Origin: Trichoplax adhaerens
Lineage: Eukaryota > Animalia > Placozoa
Direction of reading: 5' to 3'
DNA: 64,000 nt
Assembly (NCBI RefSeq): GCF_000150275.1
Contig: NW_002060949.1
Location: forward strand, 4,765,915 to 4,829,914
Shown here: one piece after another, positions 16,301-28,373 of the stretch
Numbering within the stretch: the stretch's first letter is position 1
Layout of the letters: every line of letters begins with the position of its first letter
The notes under the pieces: generated by a model
The model's input: the letters and a program-made list of their open reading frames with translations, nothing else
What the model was told of the DNA's origin: nothing
The model's database searches: none
Program-made: the position numbers and the translations under genes

Positions 16301-19300
16301 AAGAATTGTTAGTAGTCAATAGTTGCTAATGATTCATAAACTGTCATGACATTTTAATTGTTTATTTTTAAATATATCTACTTTAATCTACTAATTACAT
16401 CGGACTTGATGATGAGATATGGTTATTAAATATATCTATTTTTTGACAATATTTATTACTGCTTGCTGATTTTTCATAACTTTAAGGTAAATTATAAACT
16501 TGTATCACTAATAAGCCACAGGTATTTTGTGACGAGAATGGACTCCTGCTGGTAGTATACAAGTATAAAAGGAATAGAAATATCAATAAGCGACCATAAT
16601 ATATTAAAAATTAGACACAAACATTTACCTATCTAAATATCAATCATAACTTATTGATGCCATCTCCTGTCAAAATAGATTTCAATTAGCCGATTGTTTT
16701 GCAAGACTTATCAGAATTTTAAACAATTTAACTTTTATGCTTACTATTAATATTGCTACACTCTAATTAAATAATAAAAATTTCTTTTTATTAATACATA
16801 GTAATATCCAATTTATTTTACTTCATCAAATTCATGCTGGTTATCTTAGTTTCGTATAATTAATGATATCGTCGAAGGTAGAGCTCGTGATAAGGTGCAG
16901 TAATTAGTTAAAAATTATTAAGGATTAATACAGACTGGAATTGCTAATATTGATACTAAAAGGGAGAACTGAAAGAACCCGCTTTCATCCAAGACAAATA
17001 AAGCCTAGTGAAAAAGCAAAGTACAAATTACGTATCACTACGTTGTAGTTAGAAATTAGTAAATCTGGTTATCATTTTGATTTAATATTATGATTTCATT
17101 AAAATATCGCCATTACTAGTAAGATTTTATGATTCTTCTGTTCTTAATTGCCTGTAGTTACGATAACATAATAATATTACAGGTAAGAATATTATGTAAG
17201 CTACGATAAGGCGTTCTTTATATCAGTGTAATATTATTCGTGTTTTCGGCTGGCATTGAAATGAAATATGATTCGAAATTTGCCGTTAACAGCTTTAATT
17301 GTTTGAAGCACCCTTGTATATTTAGTTTTAACTAGCCAATCGATCAGTTAACTGATAAATTAAAGAGTCTTTAATATGAATATATCAAATATTTCTTACT
17401 TTTTGTTAGCTTATACGGTATTATATTAGTTCTATGAGTGATTATTTTGAAAATGTAAAATGCGCACAATAGGGATTGTCACAGTAGAAATATAATTATA
17501 ATGGCTGAAGTATTACCTTTAGCTGAAGATGATATTTATACGTCTATTTTTGGCGATAACACAAATAGTCTTACCAAATAGTATAGTTCAGTTAGGTTCA
17601 GAGTAACAAAATTTTACAATTTGTTATTCTAGCAACTGTCATCAAAGGCAAAATGATAGACTTATTGTATATGGTTTTAAAGATAGCACTAGTAATTTTG
17701 TACCTATCTATTTATAGTCACGTATTTCAAGATAGCTGAGCTCTTTTAATAATTTTCTGTTTCTAATCATAATTATAACATAAATATGCTCAATATTGTT
17801 TCTAGATCATTGCGTATATGTATTATATTAGCGCACATATGAACGTTTTCAGAGATATTTATTAACTTCTGTACTTATGATTGCAGTATGAGTATTTCAA
17901 AATCTTTGAAAATTTTTCATTTAACTTATAGTTTTAGATTCTATTCATCGATGCAAAGTATTGGCCATTCAAATTCATCTCATACAGTAAAGATTTAATG
18001 ATATCCTACGATATATCGACAATAATAATATTTGTAGTGCCAGTAATACAGCCATCATCCTTAGTAACATCATTAATCACTATTAATCAACCGTCTATTG
18101 TTAAGCTATACTGTGTATGAATCCAGCCAGTAGCTTTTTACTGTAGCCTTAATATGACTGCTAACAAAGGCGGTCGTAATACTGCTACCTACACGCTCGA
18201 CACTTGTTCTAGTACAACTTAGTTTACATCGTGTTTGTAGGTTAATAAATTACAGCCCAATACTTACAGCGGAGAAATTAAGACTACGAGTCTATCATCC
18301 AGTCTGCCCTTTCGTCATTTAGTTATAATACAATTTAAATATTAGGAATTTACTATCGCAACAGTAATTGTGCATATCTGTCTTAGATCAATCTATGAAA
18401 CCCTAAATTTTTTATTAGAAAATGAACTAATTTATGGTACAAGTAAGTAGATTTTAGTGGCTATTACTGAGGTGTAAAATAAAACATGCTGTTATCTATA
18501 CATGTATTGATGAATTTCAGATCATTATACAGTATTATCAGTGAATTTTAAGGTATGTTATCTACCGAATACCAGATAGAAAATAGGAATTTTGCCATTG
18601 TTATAAGTCACTTGATAGTAATTGGATTGTAATGATATATTGTAAAATTGCTATATTATGTTGTTACTATAGATAATTATGCAGATAGCTCCTGGTGAAG
18701 AACTAATTCATCTAGTAAAGTTAAGTTAGCAAAATAAGCCAAGACCTAATCGTAATATTTTTGAGACAGTTTATCACGCTCATTGTGTTGTAAAGTGCTG
18801 TAAACTTCCTTAGTATTGGATCGTAGATTTTACGAGTTTTTATCATTATTATTAGCCATGTTAGTATGATGTACGGCACCATTGTGTGGTTTTCGATAAT
18901 TATCTAAAGGTATATTTCGTAGTAGCTCATAGCTGTAGACTGTCGTGGACTATTCTATGTTAAAGTACAAATGACCACATACAGTAGGTTGTCAAGTCGC
19001 TATTGATGCTAGAGGTAAAATAGATATGTAACTCATACATTGCTTTAGCTGGAGAAATAAATTCTACGTAAATACTGTAGCTGTTGCTCTATCGAATTAT
19101 AATGTAGATGGTCCGCTATAAAGTACTGTTGTTACTGATGAGAATAAATGTAAAATAACTTAGAATATTACTGAGCTGATCGTAGCTGGAAACGTTATGA
19201 AAAGTATATATATATAACTTTAGATTATGCAGTAGTTGCGTCAAAAAATCTTTGCAGTGATTGTACTGTACTCCAGCTAGGGTTGAGCTGTATGCAAACT

Positions 19301-19435
19301 ACCTTTGTACGCGTATAAAGATACGAATAAAGCTCTAATTTTCTACGATTTTGAAATTTTGAGATCGGTTATATCACAAGTGCATATTACGGTATTAACA
19401 TTAATTAATCAAGCTAGTAGCTGCAACTTAAGGTT

Positions 19436-19780
19436 AATATATTATTACGCATGAATTTCAACGGAATATAACTTTGATATTTGAACGAAGAAACTGGATA
19501 TCGCTATAGTATACATTGTACAAGTACTGTACCGTACTGAATGCTTCTACGGGCATACAGCATTCATATATAAGTAATTTTAAATATTATTACACATGAA
19601 TTTCAACGGAATATAACTTTAATTTTTGAACGAAGAAGCTGGATATCGTTATAGTGTACATTTGTACAAGTACCGCACTGTACTGAATGCTTCTATGGGC
19701 ATACAGTATATATAAATAACTTTAAATATTATTACACATGAATTTCAACGGAATATAAACTTTGATTTTTGAACGAAGTA
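19436..19780. repeat. Tandem repeat, ~142-145-bp unit, ~2.4 copies; a further partial copy at ~20346-20412
   Basis: ATGAATTTCAACGGAATATAAC recurs at 19451, 19596 and 19738; a variant is at 20376. Confidence 0.9.
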
Positions 19781-20439
19781 CTGCGTACCGTTTTGGGGCT
19801 CAATAAGCAACGAAAGTAGATAAGTTTGTGGAATTTATTGTAAGAACAGTCACGGAATAAGTAGGAGTTGCAAACATAAGTATCAGAATACTGTTGTTAA
19901 TAGGATTTAACAGGGTATGTAACGAGAAGATCGCGAGGTCTTCTTTTTCCTAGTTTGTTGTAAATGAAGTTACGGTTGGTTTTATTGTAATAAAGCTTAA
20001 TTCGGTTTTTAAATCCAGTTAGACTGATTTATTGTGGATCCTGTAAGAATTGGCTTTACTACCATAACATCCATAGTCTTGCTAGTAGCATGCAAGGTAT
20101 AATAGCCAATATTCCCATATACAGTACAGTATAAGACACTGAGGATCTTTATCAATCTACATAATTGGCATAGTCCAAGTTTTTCCACACAATTGTTGCA
20201 ATATACAGGTGCTGTACCATAATGTACTGTACGTCGAGAGTCTGATTAATACAATGGCACCCTGAAAAAATAAAATTCTGCAAGTTAAATGAAGCCAAAA
20301 CTAGGTCAATTCTATATGTAATCGTAGCCTAATAACTCACAAATGCCGTTCTACGGGTACCTATAAATATTATACAGGAATTTCAACGGAATACAACTTT
20401 CATTTTTGAACAACTGGCTGCCATCGAAAATAATATATT

Positions 20440-20700
20440 CATACTGTAATATTAAATACTGCAGTCCTGTACAGTGTACAGTGTACAGTATATAGACTGT
20501 AGGAGACTACAGTGTACAGTACTGTACACTCACTCGGTGTACTGTACACTGTACAGCATGTGATACAGGGAATGGACAAGAACACGTCATGGCGACAATA
20601 CTGTACACTATAATATTGTACTATACAGTATAATGTCCTGTCGTAGATCATACATTAAGCACTGTAGATTAGGACTGTACAGTACAGGTACAGTACCGTG
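20440..20700 (+). promoter_or_regulatory. TACAGT/ACTGTA motif cluster, putative POLDIP2 core promoter
   Basis: Many TACAGT/ACTGTA/TGTACA words are packed into ~260 bp ending ~50 bp before the POLDIP2 ATG. Confidence 0.6.
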
Positions 20701-20751
20701 CACTCTTCAAGCGCTACCAGGACGCTCGACGAAGACACCAGTGGAATCAAG

Positions 20752-23700
20752 ATGGCGTTGCTTCGCCTTCTACGTCCTTCAACAGTAATGTTGAATGCAA
20801 AAGGAACGCTATTGCCTGCTTCTCGTCTATGTCGAAAGAGGATGCATAAGTAAGCCTATACTTGTTTCCAGATATTTTATTCCACTGTACAAGAATAGGA
20901 TAGCTACATTTCATGCATATTTCGATCACTGTGCCAGGTGTTGAGTCATCGTATCCATTCAACGCTACATTCTATGTCGGGATTATCTCGATTCTTTTTA
21001 CATTGTGTCCTTTGCAATTGTGTAGACTGTATTGCATAATTTAGATGAAATGATATAGATTAGCAATATTTGTAGGCCAAGAATTGAGAAAAGAAATTTA
21101 GTAGTGACTACGTTACAATCGTTATCGACGATCATGCTGTCATGTCGTGCAATTACCAAGTGTCAAGGATACACTTAGTAAATCCTGGTGGTAGACTTCT
21201 GCATGCTATTTTTCTACTAGCAATATTGAAATGATTATCTCGTCTTGCTGGCGTTTGCATAGGTTAAGTAGGAAGCCAATATTACTGTAGTGCATTACCA
21301 TCAGCAATGGCCAGTTTGGAAATTAGTTACTATGCTTATTGAAACCAAATTTCCTAGGTAATTCATGAGGTATTCCTTTACTGCATGCTTTACGAAATAA
21401 CTATAAACACGGGGTCCGTTTTATTTCATTGACCAATAAGATTATAATATTTATTCGAGTGAGATCTGTTTAGCTCAGCTTTATCCAAAGCTACCCTTAC
21501 TACTTTCTAGTTCCTTTTAATTTATAATTAGATAATAAATACTTTCTCTGGCCGATAATATACTGCAAATTGCAGGATAATGTCATAATTTATTGCTTTA
21601 AATGCATTCTAATAAAATGTTACCTAGATGCAAGTAATGTCGCTTTCTATCACTTTACAAATCTAAAAATTTGCAAATTATCTTCAATTAATATAGCAGT
21701 CAAATTTATTCTCTCTGAGATGATTACAAAAATCAATTTGCTTTGCACAGATTAGCTACTGTAGGGGTTTTAACATCACCAAAGGTCGATGACCATTATC
21801 AACCTGGACAAGTAAGTTAATCTTAATTACGCTAAAGTAGTACAGTAAATTATTAATACAAATCGATCGTTTAACAAAATTTATCTTTGCGAATATGAAC
21901 TTCATTATTAGTCGTCCTAAAAGTACTGCAAATACGCGTACTATTTCCTACACTTGACAATCTTATTTACTGCTAACTGAAATTATCTATGATTTCTTCA
22001 TCAGTTGTTCCTTCATCGGTTCTTTGGCTATCGTGGTGTCGTGTTATATCGATGGCCAGCTAACTTATATGATAGAGATGAAGAAAATATTGTGTTAGTT
22101 CAACATTATATTAGTGCCGGGCATGTATATATTGAAGTTTATTATAGTAGGGTATAACTATAATTTACATCATACTGTCTTAGTCTAGCTCAATATGCGT
22201 AATCTTTATATAACTAGAATAATATGTAATTTTCTTAACGATAAATCTTAGCTAAGCTAATTGACCATCTTTTCCAATCTAGTCATACTAAAGAAAAGGA
22301 AGGAGATCATCAACCTGAAAAAGCAATTTATTATCAAGTTCTAGTTGACCAACGAGATGCCCCTCATGTTGTAAGTAAATTGTCACATTTATTGACACTA
22401 CACAAAAGTTTGCTTGCGTACCACTATGTCTAGTTATATGAGGCATTTTTATAGTATATTACTTCCAAGAAGAACTTATAATTGTATTATCTTATCTAGA
22501 AAATGCAACGTGACAGTATTACGTTCCTAGGAAATAGTGCAGAAGAACCGCTATATTCTTTACCAGGTTTGCTAATTATTTATTATGCCCTTGCTTTACT
22601 CCTCCAACCTTATATTAATAAATCAAACTATGGCATCTTTATTACTAATTAAGAAGATTAAATCAATTCCGTTATTGACTGTGCGCTAACTGCGAATATT
22701 TTTACTATAAATACTCATTTGTTGACAATGTTATGTCTTGTTTTATAGGATTCGATTACTTAAGTCACGATGACGTCCTACCTTATAAAACTGTGGATAA
22801 GCAACCAATTAAACATAACTTTTTCAATAAATTTTTTGAAGTTGATGAAAGAAATGGTAAGTTATCGTTTATATCCCAAAATTTATACTATCTTTGTACT
22901 ATAGAACATAAATTAAAGAATATTTATCAATTGAAATGCTACAAATATGTCATTTTAACTGTCTTGAAGTTTTTCCAAGTGTGATTATATAGTTGAAGAG
23001 CATCTAAACATTCATTATAGGTTCGATATCTTTCAATCCAAGAGAGTCCCTGAAATCATGGCACGACAAAAATCATCATTTTTTGGAATTGTCAGCTGTT
23101 TACCGTTGCGTCACTAACGATCTACGAGTTACTGTATTACCATTCTATATGGGATCTAGGGTAATGCTGTGCTACTTGATTGATTTAATCCTATATTTAA
23201 CTGATTCTTTGTCCTAATTAGTATGTTATCTATCTTGTATATATTTATTGTAAACAGAAGGTATAAATAGTAGTGATTAAATGAATTATGCGTTACACTG
23301 CATAGATGAATAGGGAAGATAACGTAAAAAGTTATCAATCGCAATTTTTACATTATATTTAATAGAATTTTGTTACCAAAGAGGAAGATGTACACTATTA
23401 TTGGGTAAGATCGTTAATGGATACTCATAACCCTGATGATATTCTCGATAGCATTCTAATTATAAGAAATGTTTACAGTGGAGGTACTGCGTGAGAATTG
23501 AAAATCTAGGGACTATCCCTGTTAGATTGATTAATCGCCATTGGATTATACGAAGCGGTAATAATTTAGAAGAAGTACACGGACGTGGTGTTGTTGGGAT
23601 GGTATGCTATAATCGCTACTTTAATCCTTTTTTAGCTTTACGTAACAATAACAAGAAATAGATTAGTTATACTACCTTGCTATATTGAATGGAATAAATC

Positions 23701-24073
23701 AATTCTCTGCGTTATTTTCAATTTCCTCATAGATGCCAGTACTTAATAAGCAAGAGCCGGCATTCCAGTATAGTAGCCATATTTCTTTGAAGTCATCTAG
23801 TGGGCACATGTGGTAATAATTAAAGTACTGTTATGATGACTGTAACGGTTTTTCAAATAGTATTGTACTACACTCTATTTTTTATCCTAGATTACTGTAT
23901 TCTTAAGAATTGACTTTTCATACATGAAGAATCTTGATGCTTTTAAATCAACTTTTCATTCGATGTTCTTCTATCTCTATTTCTTAATCAGGGGAAATTT
24001 TCAATTCGATAGATTGGATGGCTTAGGAAATATTTTCTGTCGGATACCGATGTTGAACTTAACTAGTAAATAG
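20752..24073 (+). CDS. POLDIP2: Polymerase delta-interacting protein 2 (YccV-like + ApaG/DUF525 domains), mitochondrial presequence, ~324 aa, 11 exons
   Basis: Phase-consistent GT-AG exons: 20752-20849, 21751-21811, 22005-22093, 22283-22370, 22500-22566, 22749-22856, 23021-23160, 23366-23404, 23479-23601, 23733-23812, 23992-24073. Peptides GQLFLHRFFGYRGVVLY, YYQVLVD, GFDYLSHDDVLPY, RVTVLPFYMG, YWWRYCVRIENL, VHGRGVVG and PAFQYSSHISLKSSSGHMWG match POLDIP2. The N-terminus MALLRLLRPS... is Arg-rich and lacks acidic residues. Confidence 0.93.
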
Positions 24074-27000
24074 TAGTATACCATATCAAAGGCGATGTAT
24101 TATTTTCTTGTTTATTTACAAATTTACCAAAGTGTAAAAATTAGAAATGTACGTTGTGTTGATGAGACAACACATTCGCGATCGCGTCTTGGATTAGAGT
24201 TTTCCTCATTTTAGTAAGTATCGAAATCTGCGCAAATCCATCGTGCCGTACATGCTAGCATATGACTGAATGCAAAATAAGTATATAAGGATTATTCGAT
24301 ACACTTGAAAGCTGTGCTGCTTCTTAATCTCGATTATTCACTTTTAAAAACTTCATATTTATGCGTTTTATGCCTGTCAACATTATTGACTTGGGTAAAA
24401 TTTTTGATTAATGATATTTAACTAAACAGTTATTCCTTTGGGAACATTACCTCATAGCGATAAATCGTTGATAGTGATATCAAGGACTGTTTATATACTA
24501 GGTAAAGATGCGCCTTATGCCAACTTTAAGTTGAAGAATATGACTTAAATATGTATAAAGCACTTACATCTCTATAACTGAGAATATCCATCATATGAAC
24601 AGAAGCATTTGCTTATCTTGAACATTAGATATTCGATTAAAGTTATTTCTAGTTAAATATATGTTTTATTATCTTGCGGGGTCAATGTGTATAATATCAT
24701 AAACACAGAAAGAGTGTGTTATCATTTCGTTATAGTGTCATTGTTGCCTAAATTAGATTTGAATAAAGAGTAGAATACCAGATCGCACGTTTCTATTTAT
24801 ACAAAAAGTTATTGGTAGAGATAATACGTACGGTACTCTTTTTGTATAGATATTCTGTGCAAGCAGAACACTAATAACGCAATTACAATCTGTATACCAA
24901 TGCAGTACAATAAATCGAATACTGTATATTAACAGAACAAAAAGTACTACCAATACTACCTAATATAGCAATACTGCAGTATAGAAGTTATTCATATTAC
25001 TGAATTTCCACATGTTATAGATGCATGAGCTATACTCGTACACCACGTATTTCCCTGTAACATTATAAATTATATCATTATGCTATACAATATATATTTG
25101 CCTACGTTCTTATGAGACTCATACACGATTTGCATCATCGGCTTGAAAGTGCTGTATATTAGCCGTATAATCAATTATGATTTAAGTTCTATCATAATTT
25201 CTATACCTGCTCTTTGTCTCTCAAACGCGGCTCAATCTTCTTGTCACTTATTTCTAATAAATGATTCTATCTTAGTTTTGTCACCTTTCATCCTTCACTG
25301 AAGTTGATGTAGGAATATTTTACAAAGAATATCGCTTATACTTTATGCGGCATACGTAATTAATCAAACTGGATCTCATCTAAAGCTTATTGTAATAAAT
25401 TATTGATAATCTTCCTATGATAGATATTTTTAACTTGGAAAATGCTAACCATCTTTTATAATAGTTATTTATTTTCCTCTTCACTTCTAATTTTGATGCG
25501 CTATACAGTATTTCGAGGTAAAATAACCTGCTATATTTATTTTTATAACGATATCCGAAATTATAATGAATGTTACAGTGACACTGAATAAAAATTCCCA
25601 TTACACGACGACCTGAAATTTATCTATTGTCTTCAAATTATTAGATGTAAATACTTTACGTCTACGTGTGTATCCTGTTAGACAGGTATTTACTGATTTC
25701 AAAATGGTCTAATTCATATTCCCAAACGTATCTATCGTAATGCCCTGTTGCCAGTATTAACCAAATGAAAATATCTCAATTATAAATCCGGTTTAAAAAC
25801 GATTTGAATACAGGTGCCTTTAGGTGGAACGCTGATTAAGGATATCATGTGTAGGAGTGGGCAAGTTTTGCATTTACAGTCAAAATGATAAAATGTGTTT
25901 GTCAAGGCAATCAGAAGCTATCGAATACATCGCCGCCTGGTACTATTGTAGTCTAAGAGTAATTAATCATGTCAATAGAAGTGCTTAGATTTAGTCTACA
26001 CTAACTACCAATAATAAAGGAAATTAATGAAAATATTGTTGGTCCATTGTAGCGCGCTTTAAAATTTATCATATGAATATAGAAGATTTGGCATACAGGA
26101 GTTGGTAGTAACTACTAAAATATGCTAGTAACAGATCTTAAGTTATGATCGCATCACAGGATAATTAGTGTTAATTAGTAATTAATTAATTCATTCTACT
26201 TCTATCTTAATCTCGATCTTATCGCTAAATGTACGCATATAAATCAGATACTTTTTATAAAAGCTAAATGAGAATATGCCTATCAGATGGCATGAGCATT
26301 TTCTTCAAGGTTTAAAAACATGAATATCTTATTCTTTATGCACAGCAGCTTTAGATGAACTTTCGATACAATAGAATAATAGCTGCAGTATATGTATTAC
26401 ATATCGTTTAAGCATTCACCAAACTAGTTTACTCTCTAGTTGTGGGTGGGTGAGTGGGAGATATCAACATTTAAGCGTCGGTGTATTACTCATACTGTCA
26501 AGTTACTTTCTGCTATTATAGAAAACTTACTCCATACCGGTTTTTAATTACTATGTCAATCTTAAACCTTCTGCGACGAGATAGGGTTTAATTATTCAAA
26601 TACCGGTATCGCCGGTACTGCTTCTTATGAAACTCGTTTTCTGTAACATAAAATAAGCATCTAAAAGTATAGCTTATATTTAATTATCTATGAAGTATAT
26701 GCTCAATCAACTCCAGTCGAAGCGCGGAAAAATATTCATTACTTGCTGAGAATTACATCATCATTATTACCATAACTCCCTTATATGGGAGACTAGGATA
26801 AGCGAGCGATTGACTAAATTCAAAAGTTTAGTCTTTTATTAAATGCCACAATCTGTATGTTTTATTAAAACAAAAACAGTTTCCTTGAATGAATTTTAGC
26901 ATTACTGTAATTAGTAAAAGTAATTCTCGGTAATATAGATTTTTAGTGGTCAACAAACTGTTTGTTCGATCTTGAATTACATACTTACCGGAGTGCCATA

Positions 27001-28323
27001 TGTATTATTTACATGTTTTCAAAGTTAGGACTTGGAAGTATCAACAAGATCTATTCGACCCTAAGTATTACCTTTAGCATATTGACATAGTTACACTAAT
27101 GGAAGTGAAATTTTGACTGCTTCTGTTCCATTACATTCAGATAATCTTCGGTTACTAAGAGTAACATGTTTGAAATATTTTGATTTTTCTATCACCTTTT
27201 TATGCATTATTCTCTTTATTTACCAGACTCTATAAGTCATTATAAATATTAATGCCATATATATTTTAATGACGAATAGCATTCTATTGTACATAAACAT
27301 ATCGAGTGGTAAGTTATTAATATGCTAAAAGAATATTATAATAACAAATACAGACACGTAAGTAGAGTAACTGCTCTCTTTTGTATCATTCCAACAGTCT
27401 TGCATTTAATACTTTGATTTTTCCCGCAGGTAACTCACCTGATATTAAACATCCAATAAGATACAATATTTATATTTGTATATGTATATGTTTGGGTTAT
27501 TAGTCTTATAGTCTTACGAGCTGAACTTTTTAAGTAAATTATTGCATAATTACTAGGAGATCGTTATGAGAAATTGCTATTTCACAAATTTTAGTTAGTT
27601 TTGGATCGGATTTAGGTGATGTAATTTCGTATATCATTGTCTTAAGCCTTGTATTACTGTTATTGTACTACTACAGCATCGTAAATTATTCGCAGAGAAT
27701 TTGTTCTTGTTAGTCAAATTAACTAAATCTTGCTAATTTGCAATAATATTCTCTCAGCTTTACAGTAACTACACAAAGAATGAACAATAATAAAATTATA
27801 GTCATGTTTTATAAAGCCCAACTGCCAAATTGTATGTGGGAGTTAGTTTCAGCTAAATGCCAATGTTTTAGTTATTTGAAGTGTAATATAATTAATCAAT
27901 AAAGCTATTAGTATACGTAATATCTGAGATTTGTATAGAATTAAATATTCAGCATTATAATATTCTTTATGTTTTTTGATACAAAGTGGGGTAGAGATGA
28001 TATCAGTTGTATTTTGTTATTAACTAGAAATTTTGTCAAACGTTTGCTAGATTATATTTTCGTCAAATATGAGTACTGCATTTTTGCTGCAAGCTATTGT
28101 TACTCTAAGGTATATATTAAACTAATTTTAAAGATATTCTAGTATCTTTAATCATTATCTCTGTTACTGCTAATCATAAAACTATATTTATACGCGTATT
28201 CTTGTAATAGAGGTACACGGAGATATTTCCGGGTCTTCTCCTATCTCGAACTACTTATCAAGATCAGTTTTCCGAGACAACTATGAACTTTTTTCTTAAG
28301 TTTTACGGTAGAAACAACATAGA

Positions 28324-28373
28324 NNNNNNNNNNNNNNNNNNNNNNNNNNNNNNNNNNNNNNNNNNNNNNNNNN
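28324..28373. other. Assembly gap (50 N)
   Basis: Run of N bases. Confidence 1.

Noticed and set aside
19436-19780. CRISPR-like array (also 46061-46350 and 60955-61085)
   Set aside because: Eukaryotic context, contiguous units without unique spacers, and no cas genes.
20747-20962. 71-aa minus-strand ORF as a divergent gene
   Set aside because: It overlaps POLDIP2 exon 1 antisense; the + strand frame explains the sequence.
21134-21360. Alternative POLDIP2 start codons
   Set aside because: They hit stops quickly. The 20752 exon gives a better presequence, a strong GTAAGC donor and the correct phase.
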